Shown piece after piece: positions 23,771 through 38,180 of a stretch of 64,000 nt of DNA. Made by a program: the position numbers and the translations under genes. Each line of letters starts with the position of its first letter. Within the stretch, counting starts at the first letter, position 1. The notes under the pieces are model-generated. The model was given only the letters and a program-made list of their open reading frames with translations. It was not told the DNA's origin and made no database searches. The DNA is taken from NCBI GenBank assembly GCA_012295275.1, contig CM022668.1:124001-188000 (forward strand), in the 5' to 3' direction. This DNA is from Chrysomallon squamiferum (lineage: Eukaryota > Animalia > Mollusca).

Positions 23771-25046
23771 TTAAAAAGTAAATAAAAATAGGGTTTATTT
23801 ATAAAAATATGACTAAATACTAACTTTTCCAAGTGTCAATTTTTTTTTTTTTTTTTTAATACCTCCCTTGACAACGTGGCGCTGACGTCACACAAAAAAA
23901 ACAAAAAACAAACAAACAAAAATTAAAAAAATATTATAAACCACCCGGAAAAAGAAAAAAATGACAGCCAATTAATTAATTTTATGTCTAATTATAGTAA
24001 ACTGTAAATATTCGCGCCCAAAAACACAATGTACGGAATCTTCATACAATTAATTTCTTTACTGTAACGTCAAACAAAATAGCAAAATGTTTTTAACTCG
24101 CGAATAAACATTACTGGATTTGATTGGCAGATATCTCTTATCACCATCTGCGCACATAAAGTACTGTAAAAAGTTGGATTGCAAAAATAAAACGAAAAGC
24201 AATTTTTATATGGCACTGTTCTATACAAACAGCTAAATAATTGGTTCTGCATTCATTTTGTTTTCTTTGTTTCTCATTTATTTTGTCCTTAATATCTTTC
24301 TTTTTTTCTCTCACTTCTTCTTCAGTTTGTTTCTCGCTTCCTGTCCGTACATACACATATACAGAGGAAAGCGTCGCAAAGTGAAACTCGGGGGGAAAGC
24401 AAATGAGCCCCAGCTGAACTAGGTTACGCTGGTACCTACCTGTTCCCATTAGAAGGTCACTCAGTGTGTGCATTGTTTTTCATAGTAGGCATTTTGATAA
24501 CCAGGTGTGTACTTTTTCTGAAAGAAAAATCTGTTTTGTGCTTGTTGAAACCAGTAATTTATACAATTGAATCCTCTGCTACAGTACTGAGATCTTGTAG
24601 AATTATAATGCCACCCATTTTATTGAATCTAAGATCTGTGTCTGAGGTGCATGATGGCATTTCTTGGCGAGGTTGGTGTACGTGGTATGTTAAGTGTTTA
24701 TAACAAATAACACTTAGTTGCCCCGAACATGCTTTTAGACATATCTGATAGGCCTTTCCTCTTGATTTTATGAACGTGTATATTCCGTTATGGTAAATGA
24801 CTACGCCGATGATATAAGTCTAAGTATCTGATATTACAAATATTGGGACAGCTCGGGGAGGTGACAAATACACATGCGAATTCTGTGAATTTGAAAGAAA
24901 AAACACTAGTCGAGGCCTTGAATCATTTTCCTATGTTCGTGTAATAAATGATTTTAAATATCAGTATTCATGGTAATGTAAGTTTTGGGATAAACTACAT
25001 AATACAAATAATCATATAATCAGTCAAACAACATACATGACCAGAA

Positions 25047-25713
25047 GGTTTATTCCCGATTCTGGCATTCCCGAATTTGGCAGTGAGATTATAACACATC
25101 TTAATTGGACACGCCAATTGTTCCATTTCTGGCATTTTATTTCTCACCCTTACTAATTGGTGTTCCGTCACCTTAATTGATGTACTTTTGTTTAACTGTA
25201 TTTTGTCCACAATTTGAACACCAACTTCGCTCTCATCCGAGGAATGGATGGGTCTTTACCTCTCCTGACCTCAGTCCCATCCGATGTAGTAGTCACGGCG
25301 GCAAGGCACCTCGAATACAAACATCTCCATGGTACCATACCATTCTTGTTACTAATCCGCCGTGCATACCTATATCCATCAAGTATAAGGTCCGCACCTG
25401 GTTTTCTGCTGTCCAAAATTTCTTTACAGTTTTTATTTAGGTAGTATTTCCTCCAAATTTTATACATCTCTTAATTGATCTTGTTAACCACACATGTCTA
25501 AACTGGTAATATTTCCTGTCTCCAAATTTTACTGAGATACAACATTAATTTCATGTCTCCAAACATATTAAAGTTAATCTTGTTAATACCCCTCTGTTCT
25601 TCGTGCCTCTAAATTGGCCTTAATTGCTCACGCCAGTCTTCCCATTTCTGGAAGCGGATTATAACACCTCACCGATTACATAATCTGGAGACTGTCAGTT
25701 TTGGGAACATACC
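25047..25713 (-). mobile_element. Mutator-like (MULE) deletion derivative carrying a FLYWCH zinc-finger fragment, 667 bp
   Basis: Perfect 8-bp direct repeat GACCAGAA at 25039-25046 and 25714-25721. Degenerate G-starting TIRs GGTTTATTCCCGATTCTGGCA vs reverse complement GGTATGTTCCCAAAACTGACA (15/21). Internal FLYWCH-like coding sequence. Confidence 0.75.
25192..25467 (-). pseudogene. FLYWCH/WRKY-GCM1-type zinc-finger fragment
   Basis: ILDSRKPGADLILDGYRYARRISNKNGMVPWRCLYSRCLAAVTT fits the FLYWCH pattern (SxRG...LxxDGYxY...WRC..C.A..T). The terminal HxH ligands are missing in frame, so it is probably dead. Confidence 0.7.
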
Positions 25714-25998
25714 GACCAGAAAGCATACAGCAGTATCACATAATTGCATGTATAATAATTTTAGATAAACCTTTCGGAAAGTTCATTTGACTTGTGCACA
25801 TTGCTCTATATATGACATTTATATTATGTATTATTAAACAGTCTCGTAAATAAACAGCAACAGAAGCCAACCAGCAAACAAAAATAATAAAAAGTATACA
25901 TCAGTAATACACAGTGAGGAATAAAATATTTATTTATTTAAAATATTAATAATACCATTAACAATGTTTCAGTATAAGTAACAGTTTCAGTAAATCAA

Positions 25999-26033
<35 letters not shown>

Positions 26034-27441
26034 ATGGAACGAAACATCGTCAAGTTTTACAGAACAAAGACAATTTGTTCGTGGGGTGAGAGATAATAGA
26101 TGACTGTCATCTTTATTCCGATGTCAGTGTTTGAATGGGCGTGTCAAGCTCATGATGGACAAGTTAATTAGCATATACATGTCAGCTGCCTCGAGTTTCG
26201 AAACTGACATCCAGGTGGTAAATCACCGCACCTGGGGTGAACAGTGTCACTTTAATCTTAGTTCAGGGGCGGATCTAATGTGTCTATTTTAAGGTGCGAT
26301 GGGAAAAACAATTTTTCTTAAATAAACGAAATAAAATTATTGTATATTTAATAGTAGCAGTTGTTGTTGTAGTAACAGTAGCAGCAGCAGTAGTAGTAGT
26401 GGTGGTTGAAGTAGTAGAATTCACACCAGCAATGGTATTAGTAGTGGTATTAATTTTTTTCATTTTTAGAAATTGATATATGCAAAGAATACAATAATTT
26501 GCAAAAAATAAAAAATAAAAAATAATAATAAGTAGAAGAAGAAGAAGAAGAAGAAGAAGAAGAAGAAGAAGAAGAAGAAGAAAGAAAGAAAGAAAAATGT
26601 TGCATATAGCAATACTATAATACCAATATGGGGCAGCCTGAATGTAAATAAAACAAGTTTCCACTTGGTGCAGTCTTAAAATAATAAATGACTTGTTGTG
26701 GACAGATATATAAGTTATATGCACTTTTTAAAAGATGCTGACATAACAATGGGAAGATTTGACAATAAAAACATGTAAACAAAGAGCAGACGGGAACAAA
26801 CACATAATTAGCTGGTGACAGTTCAAAGTACTTACCTTATAACTCAGATGTGTGTAAGAATTAATGTTCCTTTAACTAACCTGTGACCTAACGGTGTTGA
26901 GGTAAATATGTTACGTCTGTTGTAGCTTACATGCAAACAAGAGGTATATAGGTGTAAATATAGATTTCTCTAATTTACATGAAAAGAAGGCACATTCTAG
27001 TATGTACTGATGTTACATCTTTCGAAGCTTACCTCGTAGTCAGGTAAATAAATAAACACACAAGTAAGTAAGTAAGTAAACAATTTAAATTAAATTAATA
27101 AATAAATAAAAACAAAACGTACATGTTTTTACTGTAGATATTACTGGAAAGTAGAGCTTAGTATTTGTGTAGATGAGGGTTAGATTGACTACAACATCAA
27201 TAATATCTTGTGCGTGTGTGTTTATATATAAATTTAAATGTGCTGAAAGAAAAGCACAACAACCATGACGACAACAAAATAGCAACAATAACAATAACAA
27301 CAACAAAACACTAGTACTACTAATGATAATAATGAATGTGATGGTGATGCGTCTGTAGTATCAATAGTTATTTCAGTAGTAGTAGTAGTAGTAGTAGTGT
27401 AGTAGTAGTAGATCTAGTAGTAATAGTAGTAGTAGTAGTTC

Positions 27442-27476
<35 letters not shown>

Positions 27477-28630
27477 TGGTAGTAAATGTTCTGTTTAATC
27501 ATATACTCGACCAATCTTTTATATCTTCTGTTATAAAATAATGAAAATGAAAACACATAACTCAAGAATAATGTTTATGATTAGCAACAAGGATATATGT
27601 ATATATATACACCTTTTCATAGGTGTGAATCAATACATTATTGTTGCTGGTAATACCAGATGTGGCTATGTTATTTTATTTTATTTTATTTAAACGTGCT
27701 ATCGTTCTAATAATAAAAAGCCTTGAAGTTTCAATGCGGAACTGTGAACTTTATAAAACAATAAATACATGATCTAATTAGTGTCAGTTTCAATTACATT
27801 GTATACATACTGACAATTAACATGGCTCCATTGTGAATACATTTACCCAAATAAACAAATGAAAGTTGTTTATTACTTTCTGGCAGTTATTAATTACTTT
27901 GACATTTTGTAGACAATTTGACAAAGAACAGGCACAGTTTTTAGTGGGTCAAATTATTTGTTCTTATTTTTTTTTTTTTTTTTTTTATTCAATATTTGTT
28001 TTAAGTTTGACTTATTTTGTGTAAGTATATGTGAATATGAGAGAGAGAGAGAGAGAGTATGCGTGTGTGTATCTCTGTGCGTCTGTTTTTGTAACAGCAT
28101 ACATTGCTTCGTTAAATGTGTCTCTGTTATCTTTCAGAAAACGACAACAATAACAACAACAACAACAACAATAATAATAATAATAATAATAAATAATAAA
28201 TAAATAAATACTATAACAAACTGGAAAGACTAGTTCATTGATTTTATTTATTTATTTATTGACGTCTCTGTGCTATGTCTGTAACACTGCAATGTACTGA
28301 AGCGTGCTCTAAATAAAGCATTTAATAACGTAACACGTTTCAGGTGCAATAAAATCACACGGACCAATATAAACCTTTGATAGTTGGTATGTTTATATAC
28401 TCACCTTTAATAAATGATCATACAGGTCACGGATCATAAACACACAATAATTTCCTCACTGAAGCGCAGGGTCAAAGGTTTAACAATTATGTATATTTCA
28501 GTAACGTAAATGAATGGTTCCGAAGAGTTACGAATGGTTGCGGGTAATGACGAAAACAGTGTTGAAATTATTTTATTTTTATGTTTCTTCATTATTATTA
28601 TTATTATAGAAGAAGAACAGAAAGGAATAA

Positions 28631-28661
<31 letters not shown>

Positions 28662-29919
28662 AATACGTTACAAAAATATAATTTCAGTTAATTATGATAA
28701 AGATTTGATTATTTTTCAGTTTTAATTATTTCCACTGTAATATTATTTTAGCCATATCTAAATATAGTTTACAAGTTTTAATATCCCAATGAAAACAACA
28801 ATTTATCGACATAAAAGTAATAAAATAACGTACTGTAATTTTGTGTAATGATAAAATAGCATTACAGTTTTTAATATTTTATTATTTATTTATTTTTTTT
28901 AAATTAATTTATATAATTTTTATTTTATTTATTTTTTAATTTGTTCTTATTATTTTATTGTTTATTTATTTTTTACTTTTTTGAAATTAATTTAAATAAT
29001 TTTTATTTACTTTTTAAATTTGTTTTTATTATTTTATTATTATTTTTTTATTATTATTCAATATTTTTTTAACCTTTTTATTGCAAATTTAATTAGATAA
29101 AATAAAAAATAAAAACTGTGGAGACAAAATTTTAGTTGAATGTTAACAGAATTTACTGTATCTACTTCCAACTGATTAAATATTAACATAACATATTGTA
29201 GCTTACAAAAATAATTAAATAAATAAATAAACAAGAACACGATTAATTAGCAAAAGAAATGGAAGAAAATAGTAATAGCAGTTATCAATTCATCAAGGAC
29301 ACTGAAAAACAACAAAAAAACAAAACAAAAAAAACCACAAATTTATTAATTATATCTACAGGTAGCAGAACAGTTTGTTTCAGTTTTAATTACATCAGCG
29401 AAAATACACTAAAACAGTTTTACAGTTTTATTTTAAAATAATTACATTCAGTGCAAAATATATTAAAGCAGTTTATTACAAAATGTATTGTGGAGAGAAA
29501 AGGCACAGTCGATTTACATATATTAAAATGTTTGAATGCTAGCGAAAAATATTGAAACTGACACCTGCCCCTTTTTTTTTTTTTTTTTAATGCGACATCA
29601 TTATCTACATAACGCCGTCGGTTTTAAAGTCGCCAACTTGACAGCCGAGTTGAACGGGTTAACAAAAGAATACAGTTTTTAAAGTGCCCATTCGGGTGTA
29701 TACGGGTGGATTAAACAGCGATAAAAATATTAGAGGAGCGGTCCATTAATGTGCATGGGGTGGCGCTTAATACTGTTCGCAATGTTTACTTCATGTGTTT
29801 ATTAATTATCTGTGTAGTTCATGTTTATATATAAATATATGTGCGTTCATAGAGTTGCTTTTTTACATGGATTATGAAATATATACAGGTAAACAGATGA
29901 TGGATAACAAATACTAGAT

Positions 29920-29999
<80 letters not shown>

Positions 30000-30384
30000 A
30001 AGTGAAATGAGTTTGTACAATACATTTTGCAAATTAATAATTGCAAATAAATAAATACCTCCCGCTCCCCCTCATCTAGCAAGTAATTCTGGAACTACCA
30101 TGATTCCGCACAACTAGGTCGCTTTAGCAGCCATTAGTAAATAATGTGCGCGCAAATTAACATTTTGTTTGGTACATTCGGTAGTAAAACTGTTTAACGT
30201 ATTCTTCTGATTGCAGTTATTTATTTATACCAGTGTCACATATTTCAAATATTATAAATGAAACTTTTATTGGCTCAAAAAAACAAAATAAAACAAAATT
30301 ACAAGACGCAGTCAGTAAATTTTCCACACAAGCCAGCCCAAACAAAAGTGTTACGAAAGTTTTCTTCACGCTGGAGGTGAAAAG

Positions 30385-30465
30385 AATAGCGCGGTCAATG
30401 AGCGGCAGCCAATCAGGTGTGAGGATATTGGTTCATTCTCATTTCCCTTAGGTTGTATCAGTGTG
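30385..30465 (+). promoter_or_regulatory. Frizzled core promoter candidate (CCAAT boxes plus Inr-like motifs)
   Basis: AGCCAATCAG (CCAAT at 30409-30413), ATTGG at 30427-30431, the variant GTCAATGA, and Inr-like TCATTC (30433) and TCAGT (30458), about 300 bp upstream of the ATG. Confidence 0.55.
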
Positions 30466-30765
30466 GTCTCAAGATCCCCAAATGTGCCTTGTGCTTTGTT
30501 ACTATAGATGTTGAAGGAATTTGGGGCGACTCGAAACCGTCCGAACTGACTTGTCTACTCTTAGAAGTGGGATCACAACGACGGCCATGTTTTGAAGCGA
30601 GAACCTGTAAGGTGGAAAGGATAAACGGCGTATTCAAGAATTTCCAACATGCAGCCTTGCAGGTGAAGTAACTAAAACAGGCACTGACTTCCGATTTGTG
30701 AGAAATAATTTCTGCTGAAAAGCTGGATCGAGTCGGCTACTCGTTTGCTTAATAACTTATTCAAA

Positions 30766-32544
30766 ATGGCGGGACTGGCGCTATGGAAAAGATTGTTTTT
30801 TGCTAGTGTTCTTCTGTGTTGTGTCGCTCACGATGGAGGCAGAGTTTCTGGTCAGCATTCGAAAACGCGGATCACGGATCATGCAGCGCTAGCTCATCAC
30901 GGTAAATGTGAAGCTATTACGATCCCTCTGTGCAAGGACATTCAGTACAATGAAACGATAATGCCGAATTTACTAAACCATCAGAAACAAGACGACGCTG
31001 GACTGGAGGTACATCAGTTTTTTCCTCTTGTTAAAGTGCAGTGTAGTAGCCAGTTGAAGTTTTTCTTGTGCACGATGTACGTGCCTGTGTGTACAGTTCT
31101 GGAGGAGGCCATACCACCGTGCAGATCTCTGTGTAATCAGGCAAGGAATGGATGTGAGAGTTTGATGAACAAATTTGGATTCCAATGGCCAGACAGTTTA
31201 GACTGCGAGAAATTTCCAATCAAAGGTTTGTGCGTCGGAGAGAACAATACAGAACCTTCAGAAACCACGCAGAAAACGCCCGTACGGCCGGGGCAGATTC
31301 CTGGTCGACGGCCGAAACCAGGGGTAATGGATCCAGGTTCCCACTGGGATATTAATAATGTGATTCCTGGTTTTAATTACAGCCATACAAACGTGTATAA
31401 GAGTAATGTGTATGGGTTTCATTGCCCGACGGAGCTGAAGGTTCCTAAAGGTTTTGACTATCGTCTGAAAGTGGGTAAACATGTAGAGAGGGATTGTGGG
31501 GCACCGTGTTACAATATGTTCTTCAATCACGACAAACGTGTGTTTGCACGATGGTGGATCGGTATCTGGTCGTGTATCTGTCTGGCGTCCACGCTGTTCA
31601 CCGTGTTGACGTTTCTCATTGACATGCAGAGGTTCAGGTACCCAGAGAGACCCATCATATTCTTATCTGGTTGCTACTTCATGGTGGCTCTTGCCTATGT
31701 CGTCGGCTTTGCACTGGAGGAGAAAGTCTCCTGTAACGAACCGTTTGACTCGGTGGGCACGGAACTAATGAAAAAGAAGGAACCGATTATAACGCAAGGG
31801 ACGAAGAAAGAGGGATGCACAATACTCTTCATGATGCTCTACTTTTTCAGTATGGCCAGTTCAATTTGGTGGGTGATTTTGACCCTAACGTGGTTCCTGG
31901 CGGCGGGCATGAAATGGGGTCACGAAGCAATAGAAGCTAACTCTCAGTACTTCCATCTCGCTTCGTGGGCAGTACCCGCCATAAAAACCATCGCCATTTT
32001 GGCCATGGGGCAAGTGGATGGGGACGTTCTCAGCGGAGTCTGTTTCACTGGCATCTTCGACGTGGACGCTTTGCGTGGATTCGTGTTGGCGCCGTTGGTG
32101 GTGTACCTCATCATCGGCACGTCTTTCTTACTCGCTGGTTTCGTTTCGCTTTTCCGCATACGCACGATCATGAAGAGCGACGGAACGAAAACGGACAAAC
32201 TGGAAAAGTTGATGGTTCGAATAGGAATCTTTTCCGTTCTTTACACTGTTCCCGCAACCATCGTCATTGCGTGTTATTTCTATGAACAATCGTTCCGTGG
32301 ACAGTGGATTATCACATGGCATCAGACAGTGTGTACAAACGGCTACTTCATGCCGTGTCCCCACCCAGACACTGTGAAAACAAAACCGTGGCCGGATTTT
32401 AACGTGTTTATGATTAAATACTTGATGACAGTGATTGTTGGAATCACGTCAGGGGTGTGGATATGGACTGGAAAAACTTTTCTGTCGTGGAAACAGTTTT
32501 ATTGTCGGATTTTTTCCCATCGTCAGAACGAGAGTGTTGTGTGA
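30766..32544 (+). CDS. FZD1/2/7: Frizzled-1/2/7 class Wnt receptor, 592 aa, intronless CDS
   Basis: ATG in AAAATGG context (the TTG start at 30745 is an ORF-caller artefact). Signal peptide; [53 protein letters not shown]; [16 protein letters not shown]; seven TM segments with [17 protein letters not shown]; Dishevelled motif KTFLSW (KTxxxW); C-terminal PDZ ligand ESVV. Confidence 0.98.
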   Translation: MAGLALWKRLFFASVLLCCVAHDGGRVSGQHSKTRITDHAALAHHGKCEAITIPLCKDIQYNETIMPNLLNHQKQDDAGLEVHQFFPLVKVQCSSQLKFFLCTMYVPVCTVLEEAIPPCRSLCNQARNGCESLMNKFGFQWPDSLDCEKFPIKGLCVGENNTEPSETTQKTPVRPGQIPGRRPKPGVMDPGSHWDINNVIPGFNYSHTNVYKSNVYGFHCPTELKVPKGFDYRLKVGKHVERDCGAPCYNMFFNHDKRVFARWWIGIWSCICLASTLFTVLTFLIDMQRFRYPERPIIFLSGCYFMVALAYVVGFALEEKVSCNEPFDSVGTELMKKKEPIITQGTKKEGCTILFMMLYFFSMASSIWWVILTLTWFLAAGMKWGHEAIEANSQYFHLASWAVPAIKTIAILAMGQVDGDVLSGVCFTGIFDVDALRGFVLAPLVVYLIIGTSFLLAGFVSLFRIRTIMKSDGTKTDKLEKLMVRIGIFSVLYTVPATIVIACYFYEQSFRGQWIITWHQTVCTNGYFMPCPHPDTVKTKPWPDFNVFMIKYLMTVIVGITSGVWIWTGKTFLSWKQFYCRIFSHRQNESVV

Positions 32545-35500
32545 AGACTGTGAATGTACATATTTAAATAAAAACAACCAACAAAATAAAAAAATAACTT
32601 GAGATGGAGTGAAAGAAATGATATTTTGAGATACCCCATTTAAATTACAAACACGAAATATTCGACCAATAGGACTTTTGACCTTCAAAACTATCAGGAA
32701 CTCTTACCGCACGTGAAGCGGTATGCCTGACACGAGGAATAGTTTAATATAATTGTGAGAAAAAGAAACAAAAACAAATACGTAAAATGATGAGGTGAGT
32801 TACCATGGTCACGACTGAAATGATTTCAGTATATCAAATGAATTACAAGTGTGTGTGCTAAAAACAGATGTTTAAACCAGAATATTTTAAAAATGTGATG
32901 CCCATCATTTCCTGGGTGATTGCAAGATACAGAATAGAGGATGGGTGTTTGCTGATTTCATAATGGTAATATCCATCAAGCTGGTGGTCCTTGCCGAGTT
33001 CAAAATGGTGCCGCGTGTCCATAACAACGGGTTTTTTTTTTATATATATATATATATATATATATTTTTTTTATTATTATTATTATTAGTTATATGATGT
33101 ATGCATGTATTTTTTTTTTTTTTTTTTTTTATTTTTTCTTTTTGTTATTAACATAAAATAAATGTACGTGTACAATAAAAATAGACTTGAATGTATTTTT
33201 TTTCTTTTTTCTCCAATGTGTTCAGATTGAACTTTGTTGTTGGTAGTAATGTCTGTAATTCCATCCAGCTTATGAGTAAACAAATTTGTGGAAAGCCACA
33301 GAACAAAGTGACAGTATTTATAATTTAATGCATGTATGTTGCCATAGAAACAAACCAAAGTTTATTTCATGTTTTTATTTTATTTATTTTTGTATTTTAT
33401 TTATTTTTTATTTTATTTTATTACTTTTTTTTGCCTTTCAAAATCTGTGATCTGATTATGTTCTAGTTGATTGGGCTTATGACGAAAAAACTTTCAAAAT
33501 GGCAAATATAATAATCTTCCTATTTTTATTTTAGAAAACAGAATAATGTTTATTTATTGATTTATTTAAAATCTCTGGATCTTTTTATTTATTTGTTATT
33601 TTATTATTATATATATATATATATAATATTTTATATGTATTTTTGGATTCTTTAATTACAAGTAATATAGTTTTGTTGTGCAGTACAGCTAATTTATTAA
33701 ACATTCAGTTCTTCAGAAGTTTTTATAAAAATATTTCCTGTTGATGTCATGTACGTGTGTGTGAATGAAGACTTTTCAGAAAAACAATGTACTAAAACAT
33801 CCTGATTATTTCCTTCTGTTTTCAAATGATTATCGATGTTTAATTTAATTCATAATTTTTATATTTTACTTTTGTATTTATTTATTTTTTATTTATATTT
33901 TTGTTTCCAGCTATATCATAGGATTTTTTTGTAAATATTGAATGTAACTAGATAGTATATGTTCTTTTTTTAATTATTACAATTTGTAATACATTTTAAA
34001 CCTGATATCTGAGCTGTGAATATTAATCTTTACATCTTATTGTAAGCTTATTTAAAAAGAGAAAAGAGTAAGTATTTGTATCTTGATAATGTAATTTAAA
34101 AATATTAAATAATAAATCTTCATATATATAAACATCATTATCATAGGAAACCTTAACACAAATTAAACTTAAAAAGAACTGCATTTTATTAATAATACAA
34201 ATTCAGAATGGTATACTTTAAGAGAAAATTGCTGCATACATACAGATATGTTATTATTTCTGAAACAGATATATAAATGTAAACAGGTTTCTAAAGTACT
34301 AAAAGTTAGAATAGCTGCAGCTTGTTGCTATTTTTAGCAATACTGAACATTTTGTAATTGTTTATCACAGATAATCTTTCTGCTATTAATATATTTAAAA
34401 TCACATTACCCTATAACAATCTACTGAATCAATGGCAGTATATTTATTTTTACATTATTTTTTTTTTTAATAACTTAATGTTACAGAAAAGTGTTCATTT
34501 TCAGGTCCATGTATTAATTTCTGAATAAGTTCAAAAGAAAATGGAAATGATTAACTTGCATATCATAATAAATGTTGCTTTATTTGAAAATTCTAATTTA
34601 CAAGTTATTTTTATATTTTTAATAATTGTGTGTGTGTGTATACATACATACATATAAATATGCATTAAACTCCAGATATCAGCTTAATTTGATATATCAG
34701 TGAAATGGTTTTTTTTAATTTACAATACTGTTTTTAATTAGTGAAAAGAAAAACAGACTCTGTAATATATTTTAGAAGCTGTTTTCTTTTTTTGTTTAAA
34801 TATTATTTATATAATTACAATAAATAAATACCAAAGCATTTTCATAATAATGGGATTATAATTTTTTTTTAATTATTATTATTATAAACATTACTGGGTT
34901 TTCTACTGTTAAATTTTAAAAAAAAATTCAGTTTCATATACAGTGACATGATTTAAGTTAAAAAAAAACTTATATTAATTTTTTTTAAAAATCCTTTTTC
35001 TGAACATATATTACATTTCCACCACTATAACCCATTTATCAAAATGTATGGACAGATTTTAGTTTGCTGATAACAATATGATTCATGGCTCGGGTGGGGG
35101 GTGCACTGAAATAAATTCCAGCATTTCTTTCATGTGTTAACCTGGTTGTCACATTGGTGTAACTAATACCCCTGATCCAGGGTATACAGGGAAGGGGTGG
35201 GTGTCGTATATCTGTCTTTGTTAGTTTGTTAGCATACATAAAGAAACCAGTTAAAAATAGAATAGGCGGTGGGGGGCATAATTTATGTATGTTCAATAGG
35301 GATATTTTAGCTGTTTACATAAAAACATTTATTATTGAAAATACAGATTAGTGTAAAATATTAAATAAGGTATACTAAGATATATGGCATTTTTTAATAT
35401 TTCTAAAAGCATATTAACAATGTATTGAATAAATTTTGTTTAATAATTTTAATAAAAATCATTATATCTCTGTTTTAAAACTACTGCATTTGCTATTATA

Positions 35501-35800
35501 TAAAAATTTAAAGTTTATCAGGTTTTCTAAAAAGTTGGAGATTGTGTTTTATAATTTTTTATTTTTTTTCCCTGTTTGTATGTGTAAAACTAAGTTAAGA
35601 TTAAACAGCTAACTATACAGAGATTACATAAACACTGACACAAATGAAAATAGAATATTAATTAATGTTTTATAATCCTGTTGGCTGTTGCATAAAATGT
35701 TTCACATACATCAATTTATGCCATTAAATAATAGACAATTATTATTTATAGTTCTAACTTTAAAAATGACAGTAATAAAAATTTTAAATGTGGATGATTG

Positions 35801-35840
<40 letters not shown>

Positions 35841-37329
35841 CAGTATATTTGGGTGCAGGTATGAAAAGTCTTACTGCCAGTCCTACTAAAACATTTTTCT
35901 TGTTTCAAAAGGGTGGGTGTGTTCAGACAGTGGGAGTATACAAACTGAGTGAGATTAGTTTTCTAAGATCTTGACAAAAATCTTTAAATTGTATGAGAAT
36001 GGAAAGAAAAATAGTTAATATATTTAAAAGTTAAGGAAAAAGCTAAAGTTTATATTTATATAGATGATTTTAAATTTACTTACTATGTTTCTAATTAAAA
36101 AAGAGAAGACAGTTTAAATACAACAGTTATAAAACAATTCAGTAAACGTCAAAATCTGTTGTGAAATACTGTAAACGTGTTGCACTGAACTGACTCCTTT
36201 GGTCAAATAAAATTCATTGTCACACATCAGAATATTTATAAGGCAGTAAAGTTTAACCTAGCAAATAGTAATAAAAAACTTTATTTCAGATACTGAAAAA
36301 AGCCAGAAATAATAATGAAACTTTTCAGATGCATTTGCACACAGGCATAGACAAAATAGTAACATGTTTATTACTGTTACACTATACTTCTACACTATAG
36401 ACTACATTATAACATATAATTATATTCTCAGATCTTATCTGCAGTTTTAAAAAAACATCCACTCATTCTCTCAGATTTTAATTAATTTTTAAGGAAGAAA
36501 AAATATAACTATTATATTGCAAGCTTTTTCATTAAAAAAATGTATTAATTTTACTTATTTTTGTTAAATCTTTTCAAATATGGTTTGCTACATTTACTTA
36601 AACTGGTTCAAATTATCAGTGTCAACACTTTTAATCCTGCATTTTCTTAAATGATGTTTTAAACTATAATTATTTTTATTATTATTCCTTCCTGCTGCTT
36701 TTTTGTTAAAAATTTAAATGTTGTATTACTCATTTCATTTCACTGTCACCCAGTCTGTGCATACCACAACATTTGAAGTACTGCCAACACAAACTATAAC
36801 ACTTTCTTTGACAATAAAAATTATTTATATTGCATTAAAAAAATGTTTCAATTTTTTTTTTTACATTAATCTGCAGCCCTTTTCAGCTATCAAATCATTT
36901 TGTTCTTTTTTACCTTTTAGTTGATGTTTTTTCTTTTTCTATAAAAATATTTATTTTACTTGAAAATAACGTTTATTTTAATTTATTCACTGATGCTTTA
37001 GCTGTTTCAAAATAATCCAGGTCACATAGTTTGAAAATTACCAGGCTTTAATACCACACGAAGAAGTGAAAATCAGATGTATATATATATATTTTGTAAC
37101 TGCCACATTATTATTTACATGTAAAGCTTGTTTTCAAACAAGATGTAAATGTGTATGTTAACAGTAGTGTAATAACTGCAGTAGATATAATTTGTAGACC
37201 GTTCATTGATGGAATTAAAATTTATAGAATATAAAACAAAATGTTTTGTTGTCTTTGCATGGTTTGATCTGCAGATTATAGAAAGGTATTATATTTCATA
37301 ATTAGTTAATAATTTGGTTTAATTTTTCT

Positions 37330-37468
<139 letters not shown>

Positions 37469-38106
37469 AAATTCATTACCACATATTAAAAAACTTGAAA
37501 TCGATTAATATTCATTTCTCTATATTTAGTTTTAATTCTTAATTTTTTTTTTTTAGTTTTCTTTTAAATATTATTTATTAATTTTTACATGTATTTTATT
37601 TTATTTAGTTTTTATATTTTATTAATTTTTTTTGTTGTTGTTTGTTTTATTGTTATTATTTAATAATAATGAAATAGATAATTGTTTATACATGCACTGC
37701 AAATATGCCAGAAATCTGTTTTGGAAACTGTTATTTCCTGACAGTCCTCACGTGTGGTAAAATTAAATAGATGAGACCAGACTTGCTAATACGTTTGAAA
37801 TCAACATACGCTGACCTCGACAAGTACAGAGATATTGATTTCACAATTCCAGCCTCAGCACATCCATACTGATCTATTTAACTGATGTGGTTATCTCTCA
37901 TATACACACAAACAAATACTCACAGCGAGTAACTTTTTTTTTTCACAACTCGTACATTGTACATTGTTGTTATTTATTTATTTATTTAATTAATTATTTC
38001 TATATCTGGTTTTGTTACACGTACAAACGCATTTAAATATTAGTGGTGTTTTGAGCAATTTTTTTTTTTTTTTTTTTTTTTACATTATGTTTTAAGCTAT
38101 TGATTT

Positions 38107-38180
<74 letters not shown>

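Noticed and set aside
24240-24700. Possible LINE endonuclease remnant (minus-strand GGIIIL-like peptide)
   Set aside because: A single weak motif amid stop codons; cannot be supported without a profile search.
26265-26280. Harbinger-like MITE termini (AGGGGCGGATCT here; GGATCCGCCCT near 61823; G-rich core near 8160)
   Set aside because: Isolated ends without a paired TIR or TSD; boundaries cannot be defined.
30745-30765. TTG start giving a 599-aa Frizzled
   Set aside because: Eukaryotic gene; the ATG at 30766 has a strong context and begins the signal peptide.
30973-32688. Antisense and alternative-frame ORFs overlapping Frizzled
   Set aside because: Expected shadows of a GC-richer coding sequence; no recognisable motifs.
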